A stretch of 64,000 nucleotides of DNA, from assembly GCA_036676495.1 (NCBI GenBank), contig JAKFCT010000030.1, forward strand, positions 1-64,000, written 5' to 3'. The translations under genes and the position numbers were made by a program. The notes beneath the pieces are model-generated. The model saw nothing but the letters and a program-made list of their open reading frames with translations, did not search any database and was not told where the DNA came from. This document shows positions 1-9,766 of this stretch, piece by piece (positions within the stretch are counted from its first letter, which is position 1; each line of letters opens with the position of its first letter). The stretch is from Candidatus Sericytochromatia bacterium (GTDB lineage: Bacteria > Cyanobacteriota > Sericytochromatia > S15B-MN24 > UBA4093).

Positions 1-846
1 GGCAAGAGCTTCCGCAACGAGATCACCCCGGGCAACTTCACCTTCCGGACCCGCGAGTTCGAGCAGATGGAAATCGAGTACTTCTGCCCGCCCCAGGAAT
101 CCGACAAGTGGTTCGAGCACTGGGTCTCCGAGCGCTGGAACTGGTACCTGGAGCTCGGCATGAAGCCGGAGCGCCTCCGCAAGCGGGCTCAGAACCCCGA
201 CGAGCTGGCGCACTACGCCCGTGCCACCTTCGACTTCGAGTACCTCTTCCCCTTCGGCTGGTCGGAGCTGGAAGGCATCGCCAACCGCACCGACTACGAC
301 CTCAGCCAGCATGCCAAGTTCTCGGGCAAGGACCTGAGCTACTTCGACGAGGAGACCCGGGAGACCTACGTTCCCTACGTCATCGAGCCCTCGGCGGGCG
401 CCGACCGCGCCACCCTGGCCTTCCTGGTCGACGCCTACGACGAGGAGACCGACGAGAAGGGCGAGACCCGCGTGGTGCTGCGCTTCCACCCGAAGCTGGC
501 CCCCATCAAGGTCGCCATCCTTCCGCTCTCCAAGAAGCCCGAACTGCGCGGGCCCGCCCGCGAGATCTACGCGGCCCTGCGCGAGCGCTGGTTCGTCGAG
601 TACGACGAGACGGGCTCCATCGGCAAGCGCTACCGGCGCCAGGACGAGATCGGGACGCCCTTCTGCGTCACCATCGACTTCGACAGCCTCAACGACAAGG
701 CCGTGACCGTGCGCGAGCGCGACTCCATGGCGCAAGTCCGGCTGAGCATCGAAGAGCTGATCCCGTATCTGAGCGAGCGGCTCGACCCCAAGTTCCCCCG
801 CTTGAGCGCGGCGGTGCTGAAGGGCCCCGAGACGTCGGAAGCGTAA
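1..846 (+). CDS. glyQS: Glycyl-tRNA synthetase, alpha2 type (5'-truncated by window)
   Basis: Frame from base 1 reads [28 protein letters not shown]; also [21 protein letters not shown] and the anticodon domain [16 protein letters not shown]. Confidence 0.97.
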   Translation, partial: GKSFRNEITPGNFTFRTREFEQMEIEYFCPPQESDKWFEHWVSERWNWYLELGMKPERLRKRAQNPDELAHYARATFDFEYLFPFGWSELEGIANRTDYDLSQHAKFSGKDLSYFDEETRETYVPYVIEPSAGADRATLAFLVDAYDEETDEKGETRVVLRFHPKLAPIKVAILPLSKKPELRGPAREIYAALRERWFVEYDETGSIGKRYRRQDEIGTPFCVTIDFDSLNDKAVTVRERDSMAQVRLSIEELIPYLSERLDPKFPRLSAAVLKGPETSEA

Positions 847-867
847 GCCCGGCGAATCGACTACAAA

Positions 868-905
868 CCAGAGGCTCGGGGAAGACCCGAGCCTCTGGCC
901 TTTGT
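868..905 (+). terminator. Intrinsic terminator after glyQS
   Basis: CCAGAGGCTCGGG-gaaga-CCCGAGCCTCTGG 13-bp stem followed by cctttgt. Confidence 0.75.
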
Positions 906-937
906 CGGCCGGGAAGCCCAAAACTCCGCATCCCTGC

Positions 938-965
938 GAAAGTTCCGCGTTACGCGGGCCGATAG
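938..965 (+). promoter_or_regulatory. Putative sigma-28 (FliA)-like promoter
   Basis: GAAAGTTC-N12-GCCGATAG versus consensus TAAAGTTT-N11-GCCGATAA, about 55 nt before the ATG at 1020. Confidence 0.45.
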
Positions 966-1019
966 TTAGTCTTAGGGGCTAACACGCCCCCCATCGCCGC
1001 CCCCACGAGAGGAACCCTC

Positions 1020-1904
1020 ATGAACCGAGTCCCCAACGTTTCCGCCCTTGGCGGCGCGACGCCCGTCAACGGCGTGAAGCCCTACAGTGAGGACACCAAG
1101 AAGCTTCAGGCCGAGGACACCAAGAAGCTTCAGGCCGAGCTCAACAAGCACATCGAGCTGCGCCATATCCCGGGACCCAAGATCCGGGAAGACGGCAAGG
1201 AAGGCCCCGTCACCCGGGCCAAGCTTCAGGAGCTCCAGACCTACCTGAAAGCCCAGCCGACCGAGCCCCGCGCGGAGGCTTTGCCTACCCAGCGTACTCC
1301 CACCGATCGCCTGGAAACCAAGAATCCCACCGTCGGCGAGTACCTTGAGGATCAGGTCAAGAAATTCGGCCAGGATCTCAAGGAGGACGCTCAGGTCATC
1401 GCCGTGACGGCGGTCGCCGCGCCGCTAGTCGGCCTGATCGAAGCGCGCCACCTCAACCAGGCCCGCGAGCGCATCGCGAAGCTGCCCATGGACGAAGCTG
1501 GCCAGTGGAAGCAGACGGCCAAGACGATCCTCGCCGAAGCGCAAGCAGCCGCCAAGCAGGAAATCCTCGGACTTCCCGGCAAGCTCATGGATAGCGGCGC
1601 CAATGCCGCCCAGGCAGTGGCGGACCGCGTGTCGGATACGGCCAGCGGCCTCAAGAGCGCCGCCTTGTACGTGGCCGAGGATGTCCGCCGGGACGTCGCG
1701 CGCACTGCTCAGAGCGTGGCCGACGGTTACAAGGCCGTCGAATCGAAGGTCGACGAGGCCATCGACAGCGTGCAGGACGCCGCCAGCGGCCTCAAGTCTG
1801 CCGCGCTGTACGTGGCCGAGGATGTCCGCGGGGACATCCAGCGAACCCGCCAGAACCTCGGAGGAGCCTTCTCGCGCGTCGGGAAGTGGATCTCCGGCGA
1901 CTAG
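1020..1904 (+). CDS. Hypothetical helical protein with internal repeats (LEA/apolipoprotein-like C-terminus)
   Basis: GAGG RBS, host-like codon usage; EDTKKLQA x2 and ASGLKSAALYVAEDVR x2. Confidence 0.8.
   Translation: MNRVPNVSALGGATPVNGVKPYSEDTKKLQAEDTKKLQAELNKHIELRHIPGPKIREDGKEGPVTRAKLQELQTYLKAQPTEPRAEALPTQRTPTDRLETKNPTVGEYLEDQVKKFGQDLKEDAQVIAVTAVAAPLVGLIEARHLNQARERIAKLPMDEAGQWKQTAKTILAEAQAAAKQEILGLPGKLMDSGANAAQAVADRVSDTASGLKSAALYVAEDVRRDVARTAQSVADGYKAVESKVDEAIDSVQDAASGLKSAALYVAEDVRGDIQRTRQNLGGAFSRVGKWISGD
1089..1139 (+). repeat. Perfect in-frame 24-bp tandem duplication
   Basis: GAGGACACCAAGAAGCTTCAGGCC x2 (1089-1112, 1113-1136) plus GAG. Confidence 0.95.
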
Positions 1905-2000
1905 CGCCAGCAATCCCAGGAGCGGATAACGAAGACGGGCTCGGTCCAGAAGCGTGGACCGGGCCCGTTCGGCTCCCGCTATCGGCGCGCAAACGCAGGG

Positions 2001-2060
2001 CTGACGCCAACCTGACATCATCTTAACCCTATCCGCAGCAGGTCTTAACACTAAGTTAAA
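2001..2060 (+). promoter_or_regulatory. 11-bp-periodic TTAAC/CTGAC direct-repeat array (OmpR/PhoB-type box-like)
   Basis: CTGAC 2001, CTGAC 2012, TTAAC 2023, TTAAC 2045, TTAAA 2056, all in an 11-bp register. Confidence 0.6.
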
Positions 2061-2145
2061 ATCTAGGCCGCATCTTTTGGCTTCCGCGTCCCGATAAGCA
2101 TGGTGCGCCCCAAAGCGTGGGAGCGCCCATAGACAAGGAGAGCCC

Positions 2146-2703
2146 ATGAGACTTCCCATTTTCGCCGCCCTCGCCCTGACGCTGCTGACGACCGGTTGTG
2201 GTTCGTCGCTAGGGACGGCCTCCTTCCTTGGTACCTCGACCTCCTCGGTGAGCGCGCTTTCGAGCGAGCCCAAGACCAAGGCGGAATTCGTGAAGGAAGT
2301 CGCCGCGCGCGGCGTCAAACTCACCGAAGCGCAGTTGGAGCTCATCTCGAAGGGCCGCTCCGTGCAGCCGAACGGCACTTTCGCGGCGCGTCCGGCCGCC
2401 AACCTCACCAGCGAGCAGAACCTCAAGGTTCACTTCGAGAAGCACGGCCACGAGTTCTCGCCCGCCATCACCTCTCAGGAAGAGTACCTCCAGCGCGCCA
2501 TCGACGTCGCGTCCGGCAAGCGTGGCGACATCGTCTACTACTTCGACACCACCAGCTTCAGCAAGGGCTACCAGTCTCAGGTCGTCCGCTGGAACGTCAA
2601 GTCGAAGGAATTCACCGCCCTGCGTCCCGATGGGGCCGTCACGACCCTCTACCTCAACTACAAGCTCGCCGGCAAGCGCTTCGTAGTCGTTCCCAAGTTC
2701 TAA
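2146..2703 (+). CDS. Lipoprotein with a putative colicin-D-like/toxin-type RNase domain
   Basis: AAGGAG RBS; signal peptide ending LTTGC; HFEKHGHEF...EEYL...VRWNVKSKEFTALRPDGAVTTLY. Confidence 0.7.
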   Translation: MRLPIFAALALTLLTTGCGSSLGTASFLGTSTSSVSALSSEPKTKAEFVKEVAARGVKLTEAQLELISKGRSVQPNGTFAARPAANLTSEQNLKVHFEKHGHEFSPAITSQEEYLQRAIDVASGKRGDIVYYFDTTSFSKGYQSQVVRWNVKSKEFTALRPDGAVTTLYLNYKLAGKRFVVVPKF

Positions 2704-2724
2704 ACCGACTCTCAAAGATTACGA

Positions 2725-2760
2725 GGACGGCGCCCCGATGCGGGGCGCCGTCCTTGCTTT
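2725..2760. terminator. Bidirectional terminator between convergent genes
   Basis: AGGACGGCGCCCCG-atg-CGGGGCGCCGTCCT stem followed by tgcttt. Confidence 0.8.
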
Positions 2761-2843
2761 AGCGCCTGCGGCCAAGGTTGGGAACGCGATGCTGTCCTGC
2801 CGCTACGAAGGAAGCTCCCGGATTGCTGACGAAACGCGCGGGC

Positions 2844-4817
2844 TCAGGGCTGCGGAAGCGGCTCGGGCAAGCGCCCGACCTGATTACGGCCGGCCTGCTT
2901 CGCTCGGTAGAGCGATTCGTCGGCGTGAGAAATCAGCTCCTCCAGGCTCCGGGCATGCTCGGGGAAGCTGGCCACCCCCAGGCTCGAGGTGATGTTCCGG
3001 TGCGGCAGCCGCTCCTGATCGGTGAAGGGGTACTCCTCGATCCAGCTGCGAATCTTCTCGGCCACGTAGGCCGCGTTGGCCGCGGTGGTCTCCGGCAGGA
3101 TGATGGCGAACTCCTCGCCGCCGTAGCGCGCGACGATGTCCACCTTGCGCACCTTTTCGCGCAGGAGGGCGGCCAGTTGCTTCAGCACGGTGTCGCCGCC
3201 GAGGTGCCCCAGGACGTCGTTGACCGATTTGAAGAAATCGATGTCCAGGATGATGAGCGAGACCGGGTGCGCGAAGCGCAGGGAGCGCTGCAGCTCGGTG
3301 TCCAGCCGCGAGTTGAAGTAGCGGCGGTTGTAGACCCCGGTCAAGCCGTCCGTGATGGCGAGGCGCTCCACCTGCTCCATCATCGTGGCGTTGTTGATGG
3401 CGAGAGCCGTGTGGCCGACCAAGGTCTCGACCAGCTCACGACCGGTATTGTCCGTCGCCGTCTCGGTGGCCACGATGACCAGGCCCAGCAGCTCTTGCTT
3501 CGCGCGCAGCGGGAAGACCGTGACGCGGCCCGCCTCGACGAAGGGCGTGCCTTCCAGCAGATCATGGGAGAGCTCCATGGAGGCCGGATAGCCGTTCTCC
3601 TCCAGGCGCTGAAGCCAGGAGGCGGGCGGCGCGCTGAAGACCGGGGTCGAACCGGCCGTGAAGGCCCAGGCTCCGTCCTTGATCAGGTAGATGGCTTGCC
3701 AGTGGGCGACCATGAAGTTGGGGAGGTGGGCGAGCAGCTCCTGGCAGGTGGCGGTCACGTTGAGGGTCTTGCCGACGTCCGCCGAGGCGACGTTGAGGTG
3801 CTTGAGCTGCTCGACCATGCGGTCGGCGCGCTGCTTCTCCTGAACGGTGTTGTAGAAGAGCTTGCTGGTGACGAAGGCGCCGGTGGTCTGCTGGGCGAGA
3901 TCCGCGAGGAGTTCTTGCTCACCTTCCGTGAAGACGTGGGCTTGCTGTTTGCCGACCAGGATCAGGCCCAGGATCTCGCGCTGCGTGACCAGCGGGGTCG
4001 CGAGCACGGAGGCGAGCTGATGCTCTAAGAGGGACTGGGGGCAACGCTCGGGCTCGGAGAGGAGGTCGGCGATCGCCACCGGCTTGCCCGTCCGGATCAC
4101 TTCCTCGAGGAAGCCTGCCTGCTCCAGCGGGAAGACCGGCTTGGAGGTGCGGGCGTTGGCCTCTTGGAGCATCTTCAGCAGGCTGAGGCCCTTGCTCTTG
4201 AAGACCGCCAGGTCCTCGACCATCCGGACCATGCCGTCTTCCAGCAGGTACAGGCCAGCGTACTGGGCGCCGATCGTGGACGTCGCAATCGAGCACAAGG
4301 AGGCCGATAGCTCCTGGAGATCGTAGGTATTGTTGATCTGGTGACTGACCTGCTTGAGCGCCCTCAGCTTGTGGGTCATCTGGGCCAGCAGGGCCTCCTG
4401 CTCGGCCTTGGCTGCGAGCACGAGTTGAGCGGCGAGCCCTCCGCCGATGATCGGCAAGAGCGGTGGCATGGCCTGGAAGGCCGCGTTCTCGGGAACCAGG
4501 ACGAAGCCTTGCATGCGCGCGGGCATGGGAATGGCCAGCAAGCGATACGCGCCCCGGCTCGTGGCCAGCGCCTTGCCGTCCGTCACGACGAGTCCCGCCG
4601 AGACCTCTGAGGCGAGCGCCTCATCCGTTCCGAAGACGATCCAGGGCTGGGCCGCCTGAACGCGCGTGGCGAGCATGCAAGCGCCGAGCCCGTGCTCTTC
4701 GAACGCGGCCAGCACTCCCACGGAGTAGGCGGCGGGGCTCTCCGCGACGCAGGCCAACTCCCCGAGCCGAAGCGTCAGGGCCTCTTGCGATATCGGTTGC
4801 CTTTCAGACAGGACCAT
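2844..4817 (-). CDS. GAF-domain diguanylate cyclase (GGDEF)
   Basis: TDGLTGVYNRRYF, DIDFFKSVND, RKVD I-site, ARYGGEEF; upstream GAF-like segments. Confidence 0.93.
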   Translation of the reverse strand: MVLSERQPISQEALTLRLGELACVAESPAAYSVGVLAAFEEHGLGACMLATRVQAAQPWIVFGTDEALASEVSAGLVVTDGKALATSRGAYRLLAIPMPARMQGFVLVPENAAFQAMPPLLPIIGGGLAAQLVLAAKAEQEALLAQMTHKLRALKQVSHQINNTYDLQELSASLCSIATSTIGAQYAGLYLLEDGMVRMVEDLAVFKSKGLSLLKMLQEANARTSKPVFPLEQAGFLEEVIRTGKPVAIADLLSEPERCPQSLLEHQLASVLATPLVTQREILGLILVGKQQAHVFTEGEQELLADLAQQTTGAFVTSKLFYNTVQEKQRADRMVEQLKHLNVASADVGKTLNVTATCQELLAHLPNFMVAHWQAIYLIKDGAWAFTAGSTPVFSAPPASWLQRLEENGYPASMELSHDLLEGTPFVEAGRVTVFPLRAKQELLGLVIVATETATDNTGRELVETLVGHTALAINNATMMEQVERLAITDGLTGVYNRRYFNSRLDTELQRSLRFAHPVSLIILDIDFFKSVNDVLGHLGGDTVLKQLAALLREKVRKVDIVARYGGEEFAIILPETTAANAAYVAEKIRSWIEEYPFTDQERLPHRNITSSLGVASFPEHARSLEELISHADESLYRAKQAGRNQVGRLPEPLPQP

Positions 4818-4826
4818 TGGCCCCTC

Positions 4827-5408
4827 CTACTTGTTGAACGACTCCATGACCAGCTGGCTGACCGCCCGCAAGGTCTCGTTGACCCCGGTTCCTTCACTGG
4901 CGACCGCCTCGAAGGAAGGCACGTGCCACTTGTTGAGTTCCGCCTCGAGGGCGGCCACCGGGAGCGCCCCGGGGACGTCGCGCTTGTTGTACTGGATCAC
5001 CCACGGAATGGTGTTGAGCGAGAGGTCGTACTCGGCAAGGTTGTTGCTGAGGTCCATCAGGCTCTCGGTATTGGCGAGCCAGCGGCTAGGAGTCGAGTCC
5101 GCCACGAAGATGATGCCGTCCACCCCGTTGAGGATGGCCTTGCGCGAGTTGACGTACTGGACCTGGCCGGGCACGGTGTAGAGCGAGAACTTGACCTTGA
5201 AGCCCTCGATCTCGCCGAGGTCGAGCGGCATCATATCGAAGAAGATCGTGCGCTCGGTCTCGGTGGCCAGGGTGAGCAGCTCGCCGCGGACATCGTCCCC
5301 CAGGGTCCGGTGCAGCGTGACGAGGTTGGTCGTCTTCCCGCAGAGGCCGGGACCGTAGTAGACGATCTTGCAGAGAATCTCGCGCTTTCCGAAGTTAATG
5401 GTGGTCAT
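4827..5408 (-). CDS. mglA: MglA-family small GTPase
   Basis: KIVYYGPGLCGKTTNL, TETERTIFFD, YTVPGQVQY, QYNKRD. Confidence 0.93.
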   Translation of the reverse strand: MTTINFGKREILCKIVYYGPGLCGKTTNLVTLHRTLGDDVRGELLTLATETERTIFFDMMPLDLGEIEGFKVKFSLYTVPGQVQYVNSRKAILNGVDGIIFVADSTPSRWLANTESLMDLSNNLAEYDLSLNTIPWVIQYNKRDVPGALPVAALEAELNKWHVPSFEAVASEGTGVNETLRAVSQLVMESFNK

Positions 5409-5417
5409 GGCCCCGGA

Positions 5418-5909
5418 CTATAGCTTCCCCAGGAACATCGAGATGGAGTCCTTGCTGAACGAGAAGGACTTTCCGTTCGTGCTCTCGCGGGCCGACAGGA
5501 GGATGGGCGTGAGCTGGGCGATGGCGGCTTCCATCTGCGCCTCGACGCTGGCAGGATCCACGTCTGCGGGAACCATGACGGCCAGGATGTCCTGCGAGCC
5601 CAATAGGGCCAGGAGGAGGTTGCTGCGGCGGCCGCGATGGGCGAGGGTCTGGATCTCACGCTCGCCCAAAAGGGCGGTGAGGGCCGTGACGCTCTTGAAG
5701 ATCCCGGCGATCAGGCTCGAAATCGAGAGGTCGTTGAGGACCTCCTGGCCGTAGGATCCGAGCAAGAGGCCGCTGCGTTCGATCAGGAGGACCGAGTTGG
5801 CACCGATGCCTTCCTTCAGGCCGAGCAGCACGCTATCCAGTTGCTGCTGCTGGCTTTCGGAAATGATCAGCTGGGAAAGCTGTTGCTTGAGTGTCAGCTC
5901 GTCGTCCAA
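5418..5909 (-). CDS. mglB: MglB-like roadblock/LC7 protein (putative GAP)
   Basis: TTG start after GGAGG; VLLIERSGLLL and SISSLIAGIFKSVTALTALLGE resemble MglB; directly upstream of mglA. Confidence 0.8.
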   Translation of the reverse strand: MDDELTLKQQLSQLIISESQQQQLDSVLLGLKEGIGANSVLLIERSGLLLGSYGQEVLNDLSISSLIAGIFKSVTALTALLGEREIQTLAHRGRRSNLLLALLGSQDILAVMVPADVDPASVEAQMEAAIAQLTPILLSARESTNGKSFSFSKDSISMFLGKL

Positions 5910-6184
5910 ACGATCCTCCAGTCTCCTGATTCGGAACGGGAAGCGCCGCCGTCGTCCAGGAATCTCGCGATGAGGGGGGCTTGCCGGGAGCCGCCGAGCA
6001 GCAGCCGTCCGCGAAGTCCATCATACCGTACGACGAGGCATTTCGCATGCGCGTGCGCCAAGGCTTTTCGCTCCTTCATACCCGCCCGGGCACCCGATCA
6101 AACGGTAAATCGCTGAAGCGCTCATTCGTTCGGGGAGGTATGATGGGAGGACACGGCCCCTTCCTCTACCAGGAGCAGCGAACG

Positions 6185-7015
6185 ATGAGCCTCTCCGAAA
6201 CCCCCTTGACCATCTACACCCTCTCGGACGCGAGCGGAGAGACGGCCGAACAGGTCGCCAAGGCTGCCGCGCTGCAATTCAAGGGTCAGCACGTGCGCCT
6301 GGTCCGGCTGCCGCGGGTGCGATCCACCCACCAGCTGACCAACATGATCAAGCTGGCGGCTCAGCACCGCTGCATCATCGCCTACACCATGGTCGAGCCC
6401 GAATGGCGCCAGACGCTGATCCAGGAGGCCCAGCGGGCCTCGATTCCAGCGGTCGACCTGTTGGGCTCCTTGATCCGGACCCTGTCCGAGGTGCTCAACG
6501 TCGAGCCGGCCTACGAGGCGGGTCTCATGCAGCTCAAGGACGAGACCTACTTCAACCGGATGGAAGCCATCGACTTCGCCATCAAGTACGACGACGGCAA
6601 AGACCCGCGCGGCCTCCTGATGGCCGACATCGTGCTCATCGGGGTCTCGCGGACCTCCAAGACCCCGACCTGCATGTACCTGGCCCAGAACCGCGGCATC
6701 AAAGCCTCGAACGTTCCCTTGGTCTACAATGTCCAGCCCCCCAAGGAGCTCTTCGAGCTCCCGCCGGGGCGGATCATCGGGCTGAGCCTCAACGTGGACA
6801 TCCTCACGGAGATCCGCACGGCCCGCCTCCAGAACCTCGGCCTCACCTCCAAGGCCTCGTACGCCAACCCGGATCATATCCGGCACGAGCTCGAGTACGC
6901 CCAGGACCTCTTCCGGCGGCTGCGCTGCCCGGTCGTGGACGTCACCAACAAGGCCATCGAGGAGACCGCCGCCGAGATCCTGGAGATCACCCAGCGAAAG
7001 GAAACGTACGTGTAA
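6185..7015 (+). CDS. ppsR: Pyruvate phosphate dikinase regulatory protein (kinase/pyrophosphorylase, DUF299)
   Basis: SDASGETAE, YFNRMEAIDFAIKYDDGKDP, GVSRTSKTP, DVTNKAIEETA; adjacent to ppdK. Confidence 0.95.
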   Translation: MSLSETPLTIYTLSDASGETAEQVAKAAALQFKGQHVRLVRLPRVRSTHQLTNMIKLAAQHRCIIAYTMVEPEWRQTLIQEAQRASIPAVDLLGSLIRTLSEVLNVEPAYEAGLMQLKDETYFNRMEAIDFAIKYDDGKDPRGLLMADIVLIGVSRTSKTPTCMYLAQNRGIKASNVPLVYNVQPPKELFELPPGRIIGLSLNVDILTEIRTARLQNLGLTSKASYANPDHIRHELEYAQDLFRRLRCPVVDVTNKAIEETAAEILEITQRKETYV

Positions 7016-7083
7016 CAGGCGAGGTGTAGCCTGTTACGAGTAACACGTATAGCCCTGGCTCGTTTGACGAAGGAGACAAACGA

Positions 7084-9762
7084 ATGACCATGTCTACCCC
7101 CCCGGTCGCTACCAAACAGGTCTACCTCTTCAGCGAAGGCGATGGGTCCATGCGGGACCTGCTCGGAGGAAAGGGCGCCGGCCTCGCCGAGATGACGCGC
7201 GCCGGCCTTCCCGTCCCTCCCGGCTTCACCATCGCCACCACCGCTTGCAACCTCTACCTCGCCAACGACGAAGCCCTCCCCGCGGGCCTCGAAGACCAGA
7301 TGATCGCTCAGCTTCGAGAAGTCGAGCGACTCACCGATAAGCAGTTCGGAGATCCGCAAAACCCCTTGCTGGTCTCCGTGCGCTCGGGCGCCAAGTTCTC
7401 GATGCCCGGCATGATGGATACCATCCTGAACCTCGGCCTCAACGACCGGACGGTCGAAGGCGTGATCGCCCAGACCGGCAACGAGCGCTTTGCCTACGAC
7501 GCCTACCGGCGCTTCGTGGCGATGTTCTCCAACGTCGTGCTCGGCTACAAGCTCCACAACTTCGAAGCGGTCCTCGAACAGTTCAAGCACCGCGCCGGCG
7601 TCAAGGAAGACACGGAGCTTTCCGCCGCGACCCTCAAGGATCTGGTGAAGGCCTACAAGGCCATGATCCTCAAGGAACTGGGCATCGACTTCCCCGAGGA
7701 TCCCTTCATCCAGCTCAAGATGGCCGTGGAAGCCGTCTTCCGCTCCTGGAAGAACCCCCGGGCCATCACCTACCGCAACCACAACAAGATCCCCCACGAC
7801 CTGGGGACCGCGGTCAACATCCAGGCCATGGTCTTCGGCAACATGGGCAACGACTCGGGCACGGGCGTCGCCTTCACCCGCAACCCCTCCACGGGCGAAC
7901 GGGCCCTCTACGGCGAGTACCTCTTGAATGCCCAGGGCGAGGACGTCGTGGCCGGCATCCGGACCCCGCAGCCGCTCTCCAAGCTGGCCGCGGACCTCCC
8001 CGAGGTCTACCAGCAGTTCGTCGCCATCGCCGAGCGCCTGGAGCGCCACTACCGCGACGTCCAGGACATGGAGTTCACCATCGAGCGCGGCAAGCTCTAC
8101 ATGCTGCAGACCCGCAACGGCAAGCGGACGGCCCAGGCGGCCGTCAAGATTGCCGTGGACCTGGCCAACGAGGGGATCATCACCCGCGAAGAAGCCGTCA
8201 ATCGGGTCGACCCCGCCAGCCTCGACCAGCTGCTGCACCCGCGGATCGACCCCAAGGCCACCCTCGACGTGATCGCCAAGGGCCTTCCGGCGTCTCCTGG
8301 CGCCGCCACGGGCACCCTGGTCTTCGATGCCGACGAGGCCGAGCGGCTGGGCCGCGAGGGCAAGGCCGTGATCCTCACCCGGGTCGAGACCTGCCCGGAC
8401 GACATCCACGGCATGATCATGGCCCAGGGCGTGCTCACCAGCCGGGGCGGCATGACCAGCCACGCGGCGGTGGTCGCCCGCGGCATGGGCAAGCCCTGCG
8501 TGGCCGGCTGCGAGAGCCTGCACGTGGATCTCGAGCGCCGGAAGTTCACCGCGGGCGATCGCACCTTCATGGAAGGCGATACCGTGACCCTGAACGGCTC
8601 CACCGGCGAAGTGATCGCAGGCGCCGTCCCCACGCTCGCTCCCGAGCAGACCGACGAATTCCGCCAGCTCATGACCTGGGCCGACGCTATTCGCAAGCTC
8701 GGGGTCCGCACCAATGCCGACACCCCCGAGGACGCCGCCCGCGCCCGCGAGTTCGGTGCCCAGGGCATCGGCCTCTGCCGGACCGAGCACATGTTCATGC
8801 AGCCCGAGCGCCTGCCGGTCATCCAGAAGATGATCATGGCCGAGACCGAACGGGAGCGCCGGGAGCATCTCTCCAAGCTCCTGCCCTTCCAGCGCGAGGA
8901 CTTTGTGGGCATCTTCCGGGCCATGGAAGGCCTGCCGGTCACCGTCCGCCTGCTGGATCCCCCCCTTCACGAGTTCCTCCCCAATCTGGTGGAACTTTCG
9001 TGCGAGGTGGCCGTCCTTAAAGCGACGGGAACGGATGCGAAGCTGCTGCGCGAGAAGGAGACCCTCCTGCGCAAGGTCCATTCGCTCCACGAATCCAACC
9101 CCATGATGGGTCTGCGCGGCTGCCGCCTGGGCCTCACCTTCCCCGAGATCAACGAGATGCAAGTCCGCGCCATCATCGAAGCGGCATGCATCCTCACCAA
9201 GGAAGGCCTGTCGGTCTACCCCGAGATCATGATCCCCTTGATCGGCCATGTGAACGAGCTTAGCGCCGTCAAGGAGCACCTCGAGACCGTGGCCAAGGAG
9301 GTCATGGCGACGGCAGGAGTGCAGGTCGCCTACAAGTTCGGCACCATGATCGAGATCCCGCGCGCCGCCCTCACGGCCGACAAGATCGCCGAACACGCCG
9401 AGTTCTTCAGCTTCGGCACCAACGACCTGACCCAGATGACCTTCGGCTACTCCCGTGACGACGCCGAGGGCCGCTTCCTGAGCACCTACCTCAGCAAGAA
9501 GATCCTTCCCGACAACCCCTTCGAGTCCCTGGACCAGGAGGGCGTCGGCCAGCTGATGCAGATCGCGGTCGACCAGGGTCGCAAGGCGCGACCGGATCTC
9601 AAGCTGGGGATCTGCGGAGAGCACGGCGGCGACCCCGCCTCGGTGGTCTTCGCGCATCACCTCGGGCTGGATTACGTCAGCTGCTCGCCCTTCCGGGTGC
9701 CGATCGCGAGGCTCGCGGCCGCTCAGGCGTCCGTGGGATCGACCCAGGTACGAGACAAGTAA
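7084..9762 (+). CDS. ppdK: Pyruvate, phosphate dikinase
   Basis: LLGGKGAGLAEM, SVRSGAKFSMPGMMDT, GGMTSHAAVVARG phospho-His motif, SFGTNDLTQ, GICGEHGG. Confidence 0.98.
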   Translation: MTMSTPPVATKQVYLFSEGDGSMRDLLGGKGAGLAEMTRAGLPVPPGFTIATTACNLYLANDEALPAGLEDQMIAQLREVERLTDKQFGDPQNPLLVSVRSGAKFSMPGMMDTILNLGLNDRTVEGVIAQTGNERFAYDAYRRFVAMFSNVVLGYKLHNFEAVLEQFKHRAGVKEDTELSAATLKDLVKAYKAMILKELGIDFPEDPFIQLKMAVEAVFRSWKNPRAITYRNHNKIPHDLGTAVNIQAMVFGNMGNDSGTGVAFTRNPSTGERALYGEYLLNAQGEDVVAGIRTPQPLSKLAADLPEVYQQFVAIAERLERHYRDVQDMEFTIERGKLYMLQTRNGKRTAQAAVKIAVDLANEGIITREEAVNRVDPASLDQLLHPRIDPKATLDVIAKGLPASPGAATGTLVFDADEAERLGREGKAVILTRVETCPDDIHGMIMAQGVLTSRGGMTSHAAVVARGMGKPCVAGCESLHVDLERRKFTAGDRTFMEGDTVTLNGSTGEVIAGAVPTLAPEQTDEFRQLMTWADAIRKLGVRTNADTPEDAARAREFGAQGIGLCRTEHMFMQPERLPVIQKMIMAETERERREHLSKLLPFQREDFVGIFRAMEGLPVTVRLLDPPLHEFLPNLVELSCEVAVLKATGTDAKLLREKETLLRKVHSLHESNPMMGLRGCRLGLTFPEINEMQVRAIIEAACILTKEGLSVYPEIMIPLIGHVNELSAVKEHLETVAKEVMATAGVQVAYKFGTMIEIPRAALTADKIAEHAEFFSFGTNDLTQMTFGYSRDDAEGRFLSTYLSKKILPDNPFESLDQEGVGQLMQIAVDQGRKARPDLKLGICGEHGGDPASVVFAHHLGLDYVSCSPFRVPIARLAAAQASVGSTQVRDK

Positions 9763-9766
9763 GCCA

